From positions 507,842,001 through 507,906,000 of the forward strand of contig JBNRSN020000003.1 of NCBI GenBank assembly GCA_051313645.2: a stretch of 64,000 bases of DNA, given 5' to 3'. The first letter of the stretch is position 1, and every line of letters begins with the position of its first letter. The position numbers and the translations under genes were made by a program. This document shows, one piece after another, positions 13,700-24,227 of this stretch. The notes under the pieces are model-generated. The model made no database searches, had not been told where the DNA came from, and saw only the letters and a program-made list of their open reading frames with translations. The DNA is from Centroscyllium fabricii (Eukaryota).

Positions 13700-14199
13700 T
13701 CAATGAACTCCATTCAGTTTATCAGCATGTACCCAAAACTGGTTATTAGTCACTAAGATTAACTTTATTGTAGTAATGTTTGACCCCTAGAACAAAAAGT
13801 CTATCGATGCACTAAGGAAAATTGATTTTTTTTTAGTAGCCTCAGGTTTATTTTAGAATGAGATTTTGTCATTATCTCGTCCCAAAGTGTTGAATAACCA
13901 AACAATTAATTTTTAAAGAAACGTTTTGCATTTCTGGTATTGCATTAGTTTAGGTCTCCTTACTCCGTGCATCCTGGCTTTGACTGAGTGGGCAAGCAGG
14001 CAGTCTGCTCACAGACTTCTTCGAACGGTGTTGTGTAACCAGTTGATGGGAGCTGTGCGAGATGCCCAGGCTAACTTGTCCTTCAGTTTTCCCCACACTG
14101 GCTCAGGAAAGCACCTCCACCCACATAGCATCATCCTGAAGATCGAGCTGAAAATAGAAGTCACTGTTGTGGGCACTAGTGGTGTAATCCCACATTCTA

Positions 14200-14290
14200 C
14201 CACTGTGCGGTGCAGTGCAGTGTGTCAGTGTGTCAGTGTGTCAGTGTACCAGTGTGTCAGTGTACCAGTGTGTTAGTGTACCAGTGCGCT
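14200..14290 (+). repeat. Short tandem repeat (CAGTGTGT/CAGTGTAC)n
   Basis: Directly visible 8-bp units. Confidence 0.85.
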
Positions 14291-14734
14291 GTGCCACTAG
14301 GTCACCTACATGGTGATTGTGTCCAGAAAATATTAAATGTGTGTTTTTGATTAAATTAAAACTAAAATGTATTTTAAAGACAAAGGTATTTTCTACAGGT
14401 AAATACTTTTGGTGCAAGTATCTATCTCTTTATATGCTCCATTCTTTTTGAAGTACCAGCTTTATTTTCAGAGAAATCTTCTTTTCCCCATAAGTCCTAG
14501 AGGAAATCTATTTCACCAAAGATATGATCCAGTTACAACAGTTGCGGGGTCATGGAGTGCAAATGCTACCTTGCATTGACGAGCATGGTTGCTCAGCTTT
14601 TAGATCAGATTGATCTGGCGATGCAGCGTTACACCCGAGGTTTTTTTTCGATGAGCTGCTTTTTTCTTATTTTCTCACCATTTTCATTGGTCTTCCCGTG
14701 CCATGCACAAACTGCAGCAGAAGGAGCTGGGTGA

Positions 14735-15546
14735 CCAAATTCCAATCCTTCTGCAGTTCCCACCGCAAACTCCATTCCTTAGCCACCGATTCCAACCCCA
14801 TCACTGGCCATTGTCTCGGGCTGAACCAGATTGTTCGCAAGCTCGGCATCCTACTCAACCCTGAGCTAAGCTTCTAACCCCATATCCTCTCCACTACCAA
14901 GACCACCAACTTCCACCTCCATAATATTGACCATCTCTGCCCCTGCCTCAGCTTATCTGCTGCTGAAACCCTCATCCATACTTTTGGTATCACCAGTCTC
15001 AATGTTCTCTTGGCCAGCCTTCCATCCGCCACAAACTTATGCTCATCCAAAACTCTGCCCGTATCCTAGCTCACACCAAGTCCCATTTACCCATCACCCT
15101 TGTGCTCGTTAATCTACATTTGCTCCCTGTCCATCAACGCCTCAAATATGAAATTTTCATCCTCGTGTTCAGATCCCTCCATGGCCTTACCGCTCCCTAT
15201 CTCTATAACCTCCTTCAGCCCTACAATACTTCGAGAACTCCGCATTCCTCCAACTCTGGCCACTTGTGCATTGCCCACTTCCTTCACCCCAGCATTGCTG
15301 GCAATGCCTTCAGCCATCTCGGCCCTAAGCTCTGGCATTCCTGCTCTAAATCTCTCCGCCTCTCCACCTCCCCCTCCTTCTTTGAGACGCTCCTTAAAAC
15401 CTATCTCTTTGACCAAGCTTTTGGTCGCCTGTGCTAATGTCTCCTCCTTTGGCTCTGTGTCAATTTTTGTCTAATTGCACTCCTATGAAGTGCCTTGGGA
15501 TGTTTTACTACGTTAAAGGCGCTATATAAATGCAAGTTGTTGTTGC
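14735..15546 (+). mobile_element. L2 LINE 3' fragment
   Basis: IQNSARIL...LHLLPV...KTYLF; tail ggcgctatataaatgcaagttgttgttg. Confidence 0.85.
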
Positions 15547-16862
15547 TTTGAACTGGCCATTAGGAGTTACCAACTGATGATTGTTCCTTCTGTTTACATT
15601 TCTTTGCTCACCTGGAAATACCTGGTCTTTGCTTTATGTTATTGCACAGCCGCATGGCCGAGAGCAGGAACCCACAAGCTGCAGTGAACCACTCGGTTTT
15701 GCCACTTAAGTAGATGTCACCATGGGTCCGTAGAAGAGCTTTCCAATATTAATTTCTCTGAAAGTAAAGAAAAAGCATGAAATGTACATACCTATAGTTA
15801 GTCATACTTTTCCCAAAGCAAACCGTAGGAAATGGCTGTGCAGCTACTCTCCTGTATACTGTGGTTGACAATCAATTCACTTCTCAAATTCCTGTTTGGC
15901 ATCATCAGTGCACCATGTAGCCAAAGTTTTAAGAAATATTTATGCAAAGATCAATAAGAATGTTTAATTGCTTTAAAAATCTATGCAATGTTTGGCATTT
16001 TGAGCTCATGCTTGATAATGGCAATGTGGACTTGTTCACAGTGCAGCGGTGCTTCATAACTATTTTGGCATTGCATGACAAATAGAAAATAAACAGAAGT
16101 GTTTTACTTGTCTTTGAAGTGGCATTCACTGTTAATAGTGAGTTTGCGTAATTATTTTAAAATAGTTAACTCCAGTTTCTGTTTAATCTCTAATTATAAT
16201 TTTTATTAAAGCTGCATAGTTGCCATGGATTCTGTTCAGGATGGAAACTCCCGATTGCCGTTCAATATATCAAACATTTTCATACAAAATGTGACTGATT
16301 CTGCCACTTTTAAATAGTTGTAGATATGGAGTTTAAAGAGAGTGATCTTCAAATACAGGGCTCTTTTGAACATTATAGCATTTAAACTCTTCAGTATTCA
16401 CCATTGACCAATTAGTGAGGTTTCAGGAAATAGTAATGGGATAATTAGGGACTTCAGGCTCCGAGCTGCGAAGAGGTCCTAAATAAACTTATCTTCACGA
16501 GAGAAAAGAGGCTGGAGTGGACATATCCAAATTTTTGAAATGCTGAAAGGAATGAATAATGTAAATGCAAGCAGATTATTTTAATTTAAACTGTGAATGT
16601 AGACTAGAAGAGTATAAAAATGACCAGCCCAAATAAATCTTGAAATTCAAAGGATTTTCCCCCCAACTGTGTTACATATAGTTGAATTAGACTTCGCACA
16701 AAGCAGTTAATATTGTGTCAATTAACACACTTTTTAAAAAGCTGGGTGAACACCTGATTTGGAGCCAGCTTGAGGATTATAAAAAAGATTATTGTGGAGT
16801 TTAGCTTGAATTACCTTTGGCGGGAGGAGACGAGGGGAAAATGTACAGTATTTTAAGAGACA

Positions 16863-17249
16863 GGGCGGCATGGTGGTTAGCACTGTTGCTTCATCGCACT
16901 GGAGAGCCGGGTTCAAATTCAGCCTCTGGTACTATCTGTGTGGAGTTTGCACATTCTCCCCGTGTCTGCGTGGGTTTCCTCCGGGTGCTCCGGTTTCCTC
17001 CCACAGTCCAAAGATGTGCGGGTTAGGTTGATTGGCCAGGATAAATTGACCCTTAGTGTTAGGGGGATTAAATATGTGGGGTTACGGGGATAGGGTGGGA
17101 TGTGTGTCGGTGCAGGCTCGATAGGGATGTGGGGAGAGGGCAGGGGTGGGGTTCTGGGTTTGGGTGATCAGCCATGATCGCATTAAATGGCGGAGCAGGC
17201 TCGAAGGGCCGAATGGCCTACTCCTGCTCCTATCTTCTATGTTTCTATG
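16863..17249 (+). mobile_element. HE1-type V-SINE (tRNA head, V-domain, CR1/HER1 tail)
   Basis: B-box ggttcaaat; V-domain tgtgtggagtttgcacattctccccgtgtctgcgtgggtttcctccgggtgctccggtttcctccc; closely similar copy at 59891. Confidence 0.9.
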
Positions 17250-17738
17250 GGTTCGGTGGAGCACTTGATGGAGCAGATTGTACCTGGTGTGTGCAAGGAA
17301 CAGTTTGAATCTACCGAGCAACTTTTCCTTCTCCGTATTTCCTTGTGTTTGTAACTAAACGGAAAAGCTTGTAGTTGACTCGGTCTGTCGTTGTCATGAA
17401 TACAGACAACATATCAATTTGTTTGTACAGTATTCAGGAGTTTCAATTTTCTACACGAAACCTTGATGATCCATCCTTTAATTACTATGAACCGTTGGCC
17501 ACAGTGGAAATTTTATTAGATGTCATTTTACAGCACAAGCAACGGCAAAGACACAATGTCTCAACATTTACTTTTGTTTTCCCCATCCCGTCTGAAAGCA
17601 GTGATTGTCACTGGGATGCAGTTCCACTTTGTCCAAGTGACCTTTCGTCATCCACGCTCCTGGATAGTGTCACCAAACTATTATACCATGGAAGGCATCA
17701 CAGCCAAGCCTGATTCTTTCCTCGCCGAATGTCCACAT

Positions 17739-18054
17739 TGTGACCGAAATAACGACCTCGTGGACGAGTAGTTAGAAGGGTGAAACAATACGGCTTTTAT
17801 TAACTAAATGGTGGGACATGCACCAGCTAGTCGACCGTCCCCAGGTATGGCTGGGGGATGGGAGACGGCCACTTATATACCTCCTCCTGGGAGGGAGGAG
17901 TCGCGGGCGGAGCCAGCCTGGGCATGTCCAGGTAATCGCATAACAGATAATGTACAACATGGCATTAGGTACGATTACATAGATACAAAACGGGGTGAGT
18001 ATATACAATAGGAAACAGTGGGAAACAGTGGTTTATCACATTCACCCCTTCTTT
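17739..18054 (-). repeat. Gypsy 3' LTR (302 bp, 17739-18040) plus polypurine tract
   Basis: Direct repeat of 22137-22426; minus-strand AAAGAAGGGGTGAA (18054-18041) abuts the LTR. Confidence 0.92.
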
Positions 18055-18107
18055 AAAACAAAAGTCCGGCGGGGTGAATGCAACAGTTCTTTTATTTATT
18101 TATTTAT

Positions 18108-21100
18108 TCATAAATTAAGTCGCTCCGGCGGCCTGGTGATCCTTGTTGAGCGTCGCACCGCTGGTGGTGTCCGCGGTCGTGGAGTGGCCGGCCGAGTCGG
18201 TTGTAGCGATGGTGCTGATGCTGGTTGGCGAGCGGTGATCGTCGGTTGGTTTCTGGGTGGTGGTGCCCTTATACTGACAGTAGGAGGCGCGCTCTCTACC
18301 TCGTCGTCTGACTCTAGGGGGCGTGCACTGTGGAGCCATGCTGGAGGCCATGCCGTGCTGCTCGCAGGTGCCGGGTGAATGTACCGGGGTGCTGGATCCT
18401 CGTGCCGGGGAGCGTACCTTGGCGCCGGTGGCTCGGGTGGCGTGACTGGCCGCGGTGGCCCGGGTGGGGTGGCTGGCCGTCTTGGGTGCGCGGGCTGCTG
18501 GGCGGGGCGTCTTGGGTGCGCGGGCTGCTGGGCGGGGCTGGGTTTGGGGACTCCCCCTGGCGCCAGGCCCTTGATGGACACGGTGTCCTCCCTCCCGTCG
18601 GGGTACGCCACGTAGGCGTACTGGGGATTGGCGTGCAGGAGGTGGACCCGTTCGACCAGGGGATCTGCCTTGTGGCCCCTCACGTGCTTCCGTAGTAGGA
18701 CCGGTCCCGGGGATAGTAGCCACAATGGTAGCGAGGTCCCGGAAGCCGACTTCCTGGGGAAGGCAAAAAGTCGTTCGTGAGGGGTGGCATTAGTGGCCGT
18801 ACACAGGAGGGACCGGATAGAGTGGAGTGCTTCAGGGAGGACGTCCTGCCATCGGGAGACTGGGAGGCTTTTAGACCGTAGGGCTAACAGGATGGCCTTC
18901 CAGACAGTGGCATTCTCCCTCTCTACCTGCCCGTTCCCCCGGGAGTTGTAGCTGGTAGTCCTGCTAGTCGCGATGCCTTTGGCTAGCAGAAACTGACGCA
19001 GCTCGTCACTCATAAAGGATGCTCCCCGGTCACTATGAATATAGTTGGGATAGCCGAACAGGGAGAAGATGCTGTGGAGGGCTTTGATGACAGTGGCGGA
19101 GGTCATGGCAGGGGATGGCAAAGGGGAAGCGGGAGTACTCATCAATCACATTGAGGAAGTACACATTCCTGTTGGAGGAGGGAAGGGGCCCTTTGAAATC
19201 GACGCTGAGTCGTTCAAAGGGGCGAGTGGCCTTAATCAAATGCGCCCGGTCTGGCCGATAGAAGTGCGGCTTGCACTCCGCGCAGACCTGGCAATTGCTG
19301 GTCAGGGTCTTGACCTCCTCGATGGAGATGGGAAGGTTGCGGGACTTCACGAAGTGAACCAACCTGGTGACCCCCGGGTGGCAGAGGTCATTGTGTAAGG
19401 TTTGGAGGCGGTCTGTCTGTGCGCTGGCACAGGTACCGCGGGATAGGGTGTCTGGGGGTTCGTTAAATTTCCCGGGCCGGTACAAGATATCATCATTAAA
19501 CGCGGAGAGTTCAATTCTCTACCTTAATATCTTGTCGTTCTTGATCGTACCCCGCTCTTTGTTGTTGAACATAAAAGTGACTGATCGTTGGTCAGTCAAC
19601 AGGGTAAAACGCTTGCCGGCCAGGTAGTGCTTCCAGTGACGCACTGCTTCAACGATGGCCTGGGCCTCCTTCTCGACTGAGGAGTGTCGGGTCTCGGGGC
19701 CCTGGAGGGTACGTGAGAAGAAGGCCACGGGTCTGCCCGCCTGGTTAAGGGTGGCGGCCAGGGCAAAGTCCGATGCATCGCTCTCTACTTGAAATGGGAC
19801 GGACTCGTCCACAGCGTGCATCGTGGCTTTTGCGATGTCATTCTTAATGCCGCAGAACGCCGCGCGGGCATCTGCGGACAGGGGGAATGAGGTGGATTTA
19901 AGCAGTGGGCGAGCTTTGTCCGCGTAATTGGGGACCCACTGGGCATAATATGCAAAGAAACCCAAGCACCGTTTAAGGGCCTTGGGGGAGTGGGGGAGGG
20001 GAAGCTCCATGAGGGGGCGCATGCGGTCCGGGTCGGGACCGATGACCCCATTCTCCACAACACTGCCGAGGATGGCCAGGCGGGTGGTACTGAACACACA
20101 TTTTTCAGTGTTATAGGTCAGATTAAGTGTTTTGGCGGTGTGGAGAAATTTCTGGAGGTTGGCGTCATGGTCCTGCTGATCGTGGCCGCAGATGGTCACG
20201 TTATCGAGGTACGGGAAAGTGGCTCGCAGCCCGTACTGATCGACCATTCGGTCCATCTCTCTCTGGAAGACCGAGACCCCATTCGTGACGCCAAACGGGA
20301 CCCTAAGGAAGTGATAGAGGCGACCGTCAGCCTCGAAGGCTGTATAGAGACGGTCCTCTGGGCGGATGGGAAGCTGGTGATAAGCAGACTTCAGATCTAT
20401 GGTGGAGAACACCCTGAACTGGTTGATCTGATTCACCATGTCCGCTATCCGGGGAAGGGGGTAAGCGTCTAACTGTGTGAACCGGTTTATGGTCTGACTG
20501 TAGTCAACGACCATCCGGTTCTTCGCTCCGGTTTTCACCACCACTACCTGCGCCCTCCAGGGGCTATTACTGGCCTCGATAACCCCCTCCTTCAGGAGGC
20601 GCTGCACCTCGGACTTAATAAAGTCCATGTCCCCAGCACTGTAGCGCCTACTCTTGGTGGCGACGGGCTTGCAGTCTGGGGTGAGGTTGGCAAAGAGCGA
20701 GGGAGGGGCGACCTTAAGGGTCGAGAGGCCACAGGTAGCACGCCGGGGGTGCTGCGCTGAGCACCGGTTGCTGACTGCGAGCGAGGGAAGGGGCCCACCG
20801 TACGCCATGGTAACGCTTTGGAGGTGGCACTGGAAGTCCAGACTCAATAGTAATGGGGCGCAGAGCTGCGGCAGCACGAAAAAGCTACAATTATCAAAAT
20901 GCACGCCCTGCACAGTTAGGGCCACTGCGCAACGCCCAGAGACGTCCGCCGATTCAGATTTAGAAGCCATCGAAATTCTTTGGCTCGCTGGCATAACCTT
21001 AAGGGAGAGGCGCTCTACTGTCTCAGGATGAACAAAACTCACCGTGCTCCCACTGTCGAAAAGGCACACCACGTCTTGTCCGTTCACTCCCACCAGCATC

Positions 21101-22113
21101 ATCGATTTCCCAAGCGATTGGGTCTTGTTCTGGTCGAGAGTTACTGATGCTAAAATTGGGTCAGCCGATTCCTCATGATCCGCAGAGTAGTCCTCCGGGG
21201 CCGGTCCCCAAGATGGCTGCCGCCATGCGGTGTACTGCGGAGGGGGTGGCTGGGTCCAATATGGCGACTGCTGCCACGCGGGGTGCTGAGTGGGGGATGG
21301 TTGAGTCCAATATGGCTGCTCCCATGTTCCACACGCGGCGCTGCCCGGTTTCGGTTTAGGGGCTGATGTGGTCGCCTTACAGACTTTCGCATAATGTCCC
21401 TTTTTACCACATTTTGAGCAGGCCGCTTCTCTTGCCGGGCAGCTACGTCTCGGATGCTGAGACTGCCCGCAGAAGTAACATTTAGCCGTCTTTGCGTGAG
21501 CGGCTGCGATCATTTCTTCCGCCGGCCGTTGCGCCGGCGTTGTCCAAGATGGCGGGGCTGGGCCCGCATAGTTGCCGGAATACGACGAGAGGTTTAGCGA
21601 GGCCACGTCCAGCACGTGTTCCAGATCCGTAGTTGCCTGCAGGTCAAGGCCGTTCTGCTCTAACAGCCTCTGTCTTATATAGTCCGACCTGAGGCCTGTG
21701 ACATATGCGTCTCTGATTAGACTGTCCACATGGATCGGGGCCGTTAGCGCTGTGCAGTCACAGGCCCGTGAAAGCACTCTCAGCGCTCTTAAAAATTCCA
21801 CGCTGGACTCACCGGGTTGCTGCTTCCTGGTGGCTAGGAGATGTCTGGCGTGGACGATATTGGGTGCCTGGTTGTACTCCACCTTGAGGATCCTGATAGC
21901 ATCCAGAAACGATGATGCGTCCACGATCATGGAGTACACCTGAGGGCCCACCCGGGCGTTGAGGAGCCATCGTTTGACCTCTTCGGTCCTAACGACCGCT
22001 GCGTTCGCTCTCAGGTACGCATCGAAAACACTATACCAGTGTGTAAATGTGTTTGATGCACCTGGTGTCCGGGGGTCCAGTTCAAACGTCGCTGGCTTGA
22101 GCATCGCTTCCAT
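18108..22113 (-). pseudogene. Gypsy gag-pol polyprotein with two disabling lesions
   Basis: ATG at 22113; CYFCGQSQHPRRSC and CSKCGKKGHYAKVC; protease LFDSGS; RT LDAYPLPRI...YLDNV; RNase H SDAS; premature TAG at 19521-19519 (KILR[W]RIEL); integrase HHCC and VDF/SDRG/VERE; frameshift near 19107 (FAIPC^MTSAT). Confidence 0.93.
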
Positions 22114-22136
22114 CTTCAAAATTTAGTTAATAAAAT

Positions 22137-22426
22137 TGTGACCGAAATAACGACCTCGTGGACGAGTAGTTAGAAGGGTGAAACAATACGGCTTTTATTA
22201 ACTAAATGGTGGGACATGCACCAGCTAGTCGACCGTCCCCAGGTATGGCTGGGGGATGGGAGACGGCCACTTATATACCTCCTCCTGGGAGGGAGGAATC
22301 GCGGGCGGAGCCAGCCTGGGCATGTCCAGGTTATTGCATAACCGGTTATGTACAACATGGCATTAGGTACGATTACATAGATAGAAAACGGGGTGAGTAT
22401 ATACAATAGGAAACTGGTTTATCACA
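22137..22426 (-). promoter_or_regulatory. Gypsy 5' LTR (290 bp) with TATA box and poly(A) signal
   Basis: On the minus strand, TATATAA at 22277-22271 and AATAAA at 22199-22194. Confidence 0.85.
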
Positions 22427-22676
22427 CACATATTTCAGCTTTCGAGCAGGAGTAACTGGACAATGATCAGAGCAGGATCTTCGGCTGATTTTTTTTGTTT
22501 TTGTTTTATTAACCCCTTCCGAGCCCAGAGGAACTGGGCCAATTTTTGCCTACTCATCGCTGCTGCTAAGATCAACTAATTCAGCAAAGACTGGGAACAA
22601 ATTTGTTTTTTTATTATTAGTCGTACATGTTTACAAGAAAAGTTCTTGTCATGTACTGCAGCAAACAGTTCAGCTA

Positions 22677-23174
22677 CAGGTTGAGCACCGTTAATCCATT
22701 ACCTGAAAAACCGACAACTTTGAACGTCCGGCAATAATTTCCACGACTGCCCTGCATGTCGTGCAAAATGGCCGCCGCAATTGATGCTTTGGCGAATGAT
22801 CTGCGCAGGCGCCGCCGAACGGCGAGCACATGCGCAGATCATTCACAGTGGTCTCTCTGAGCTGATAGCGGGCCGAGCCGGGACTCCCCGATCGCGGGCC
22901 GGGACTCCTCGAACGTGGGCTGGGCCAGGACTCCTCGAACGCGGGCTGGGCCGGGACTCCCCAAACGCTGCTGGGCCGACACTCACCGAACAGGGGCCGG
23001 GACTCCCCGAACGATAGGCGCATGCGCAGACCACTCAAAATGGCCGCCGGCCTTTCGCGGTGGCCATTTTGAATGGTCTGCGCATGCGCTCGCCGAAGCT
23101 TCAATCGTTCGTGATTTTCACTTTCCCGGCACGGGCCTGGTCCCGCCCGTGCCGGATTAACGGTGCTCAACCTG
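22677..23174. mobile_element. Tc1/mariner-pogo MITE, 21-bp perfect TIR CAGGTTGAGCACCGTTAATCC, TA TSD
   Basis: ta|caggttgagcaccgttaatcc ... ggattaacggtgctcaacctg|ta; CpG-rich interior. Confidence 0.92.
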
Positions 23175-23294
23175 TATTACATTTCTTTGGACTCTATCAT
23201 ATGTACATGGCTTTTGTTTACTGTTTGAGGCGTGGTTTTTCAGGTAACTTGCTCTGTATACAAATGTGAAGAAATTAAATGCACTATGTTTTTC

Positions 23295-23710
23295 TTCTCT
23301 AACCCGCCCCCTCACCCCCCTTTTCCTGGGGATGGTGATGCATGCCAGGGTACCAGTTCATGGGCAGTGGCAGCCCTTTGGTACTCCTACCTGGATGGCC
23401 ATTATTCATGTGTGTCTAGATAGTGAGTGTCCGCAGCCTATTTAAGGGTAAAGGGTGTCGCAGTCAAACCTAGTCCTGCTAGCACACCACACTTTCTGGC
23501 AGGTTTTACAGCACAGTGATCAAGAGTGAGGGCCCAGGCTGACCTTTCACTCTGTAATCAAGGCAAACCGTGTCGAATTGATGTGCCTTCACCACTACCC
23601 CAACTGATATTATCTAGTATCACGGACAGGGAATTGAGTCTGGGGCTTTGCTGGTCCGTATAGCTGAGCATCACACTACATGATTCCTTTCCCACACAGC
23701 CACTGGAGGA
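23295..23710 (-). mobile_element. Ancient tRNA-SINE resembling AmnSINE2; related copies at 17680-17738 + 22432-22600 (split by the Gypsy), 29640-29830, 40840-41390 and 48850-48935
   Basis: The copies share motifs such as cacacatgaagaatg, ctatccagtgac and accaggaagctcccaggtttgatc; the family name is from a recalled consensus. Confidence 0.6.
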
Positions 23711-24227
23711 ACTACACAATTATTTACGTATATTCTACATCAAAACTGAAAGAGCTATACTGGTTGATGTAAGAAAACTACTAGGCACTTGGTCTAGGCG
23801 TTAAACAAAGCTTTAATCAGCTGTTTTACAACATTGAGGTCTAGTTGTGTCCTTCACAAGTTCCTGTTAAGAATGTCCTGTGCAAGCTGGGCCCATGCCC
23901 GAGTATTTATACTCTCCCTGGACAGCGCCACCTGCAGGCCGCTCAGTATTATTTCATAAGTCAGTCTTTCATGAATGACTGACTGATTCATGTCACTGGT
24001 TATAGCTAATTAAATGTACAGTTGGTCTATTTGAATCTTCAACTTGTTAGCAAGGCCATTGAACAATAGTATTGCAATAATTTTCTTAGTGATATTATTT
24101 ATAGGAATAAAATGGTCTCAACTATTATAAAATTTAATGTATTAATTGTAAAGAAATATGAAAATGTATGTCAGTATATTTCACTTAGTTATATTTGTGT
24201 TTCCTTGGGGTGGGAAATGCATTATAG

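Larger units (their letters stand above)
17739..22426 (-). mobile_element. Full-length Ty3/Gypsy LTR retrotransposon (Mag-like), antisense in a CLIP1 intron
   Basis: LTRs at 22137-22426 (5') and 17739-18040 (3') with TGTGA...TCACA ends; TSD CACAT at 17734-17738 and 22427-22431; domain order gag-PR-RT-RH-IN; tandem CCHC knuckles and an RRSTR..PPERL tail. Confidence 0.96.

Noticed and set aside
13352-13756. ORFs spanning the N run
   Set aside because: Artefacts of translating through the gap.
16863-16930. tRNA-like A/B boxes (also at 59891 and 49249)
   Set aside because: These are SINE heads, not tRNA genes.
17995-21943. Multiple + strand ORFs inside the Gypsy element
   Set aside because: GC-rich antisense shadows of gag-pol with no recognisable domains; no env-like ORF fits between the integrase stop (18108) and the PPT.
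22870-23010. Repeated gggccgggactcc units with short variable spacers, superficially CRISPR-like
   Set aside because: Degenerate minisatellite inside a eukaryotic MITE; spacers are too short and there are no cas genes.
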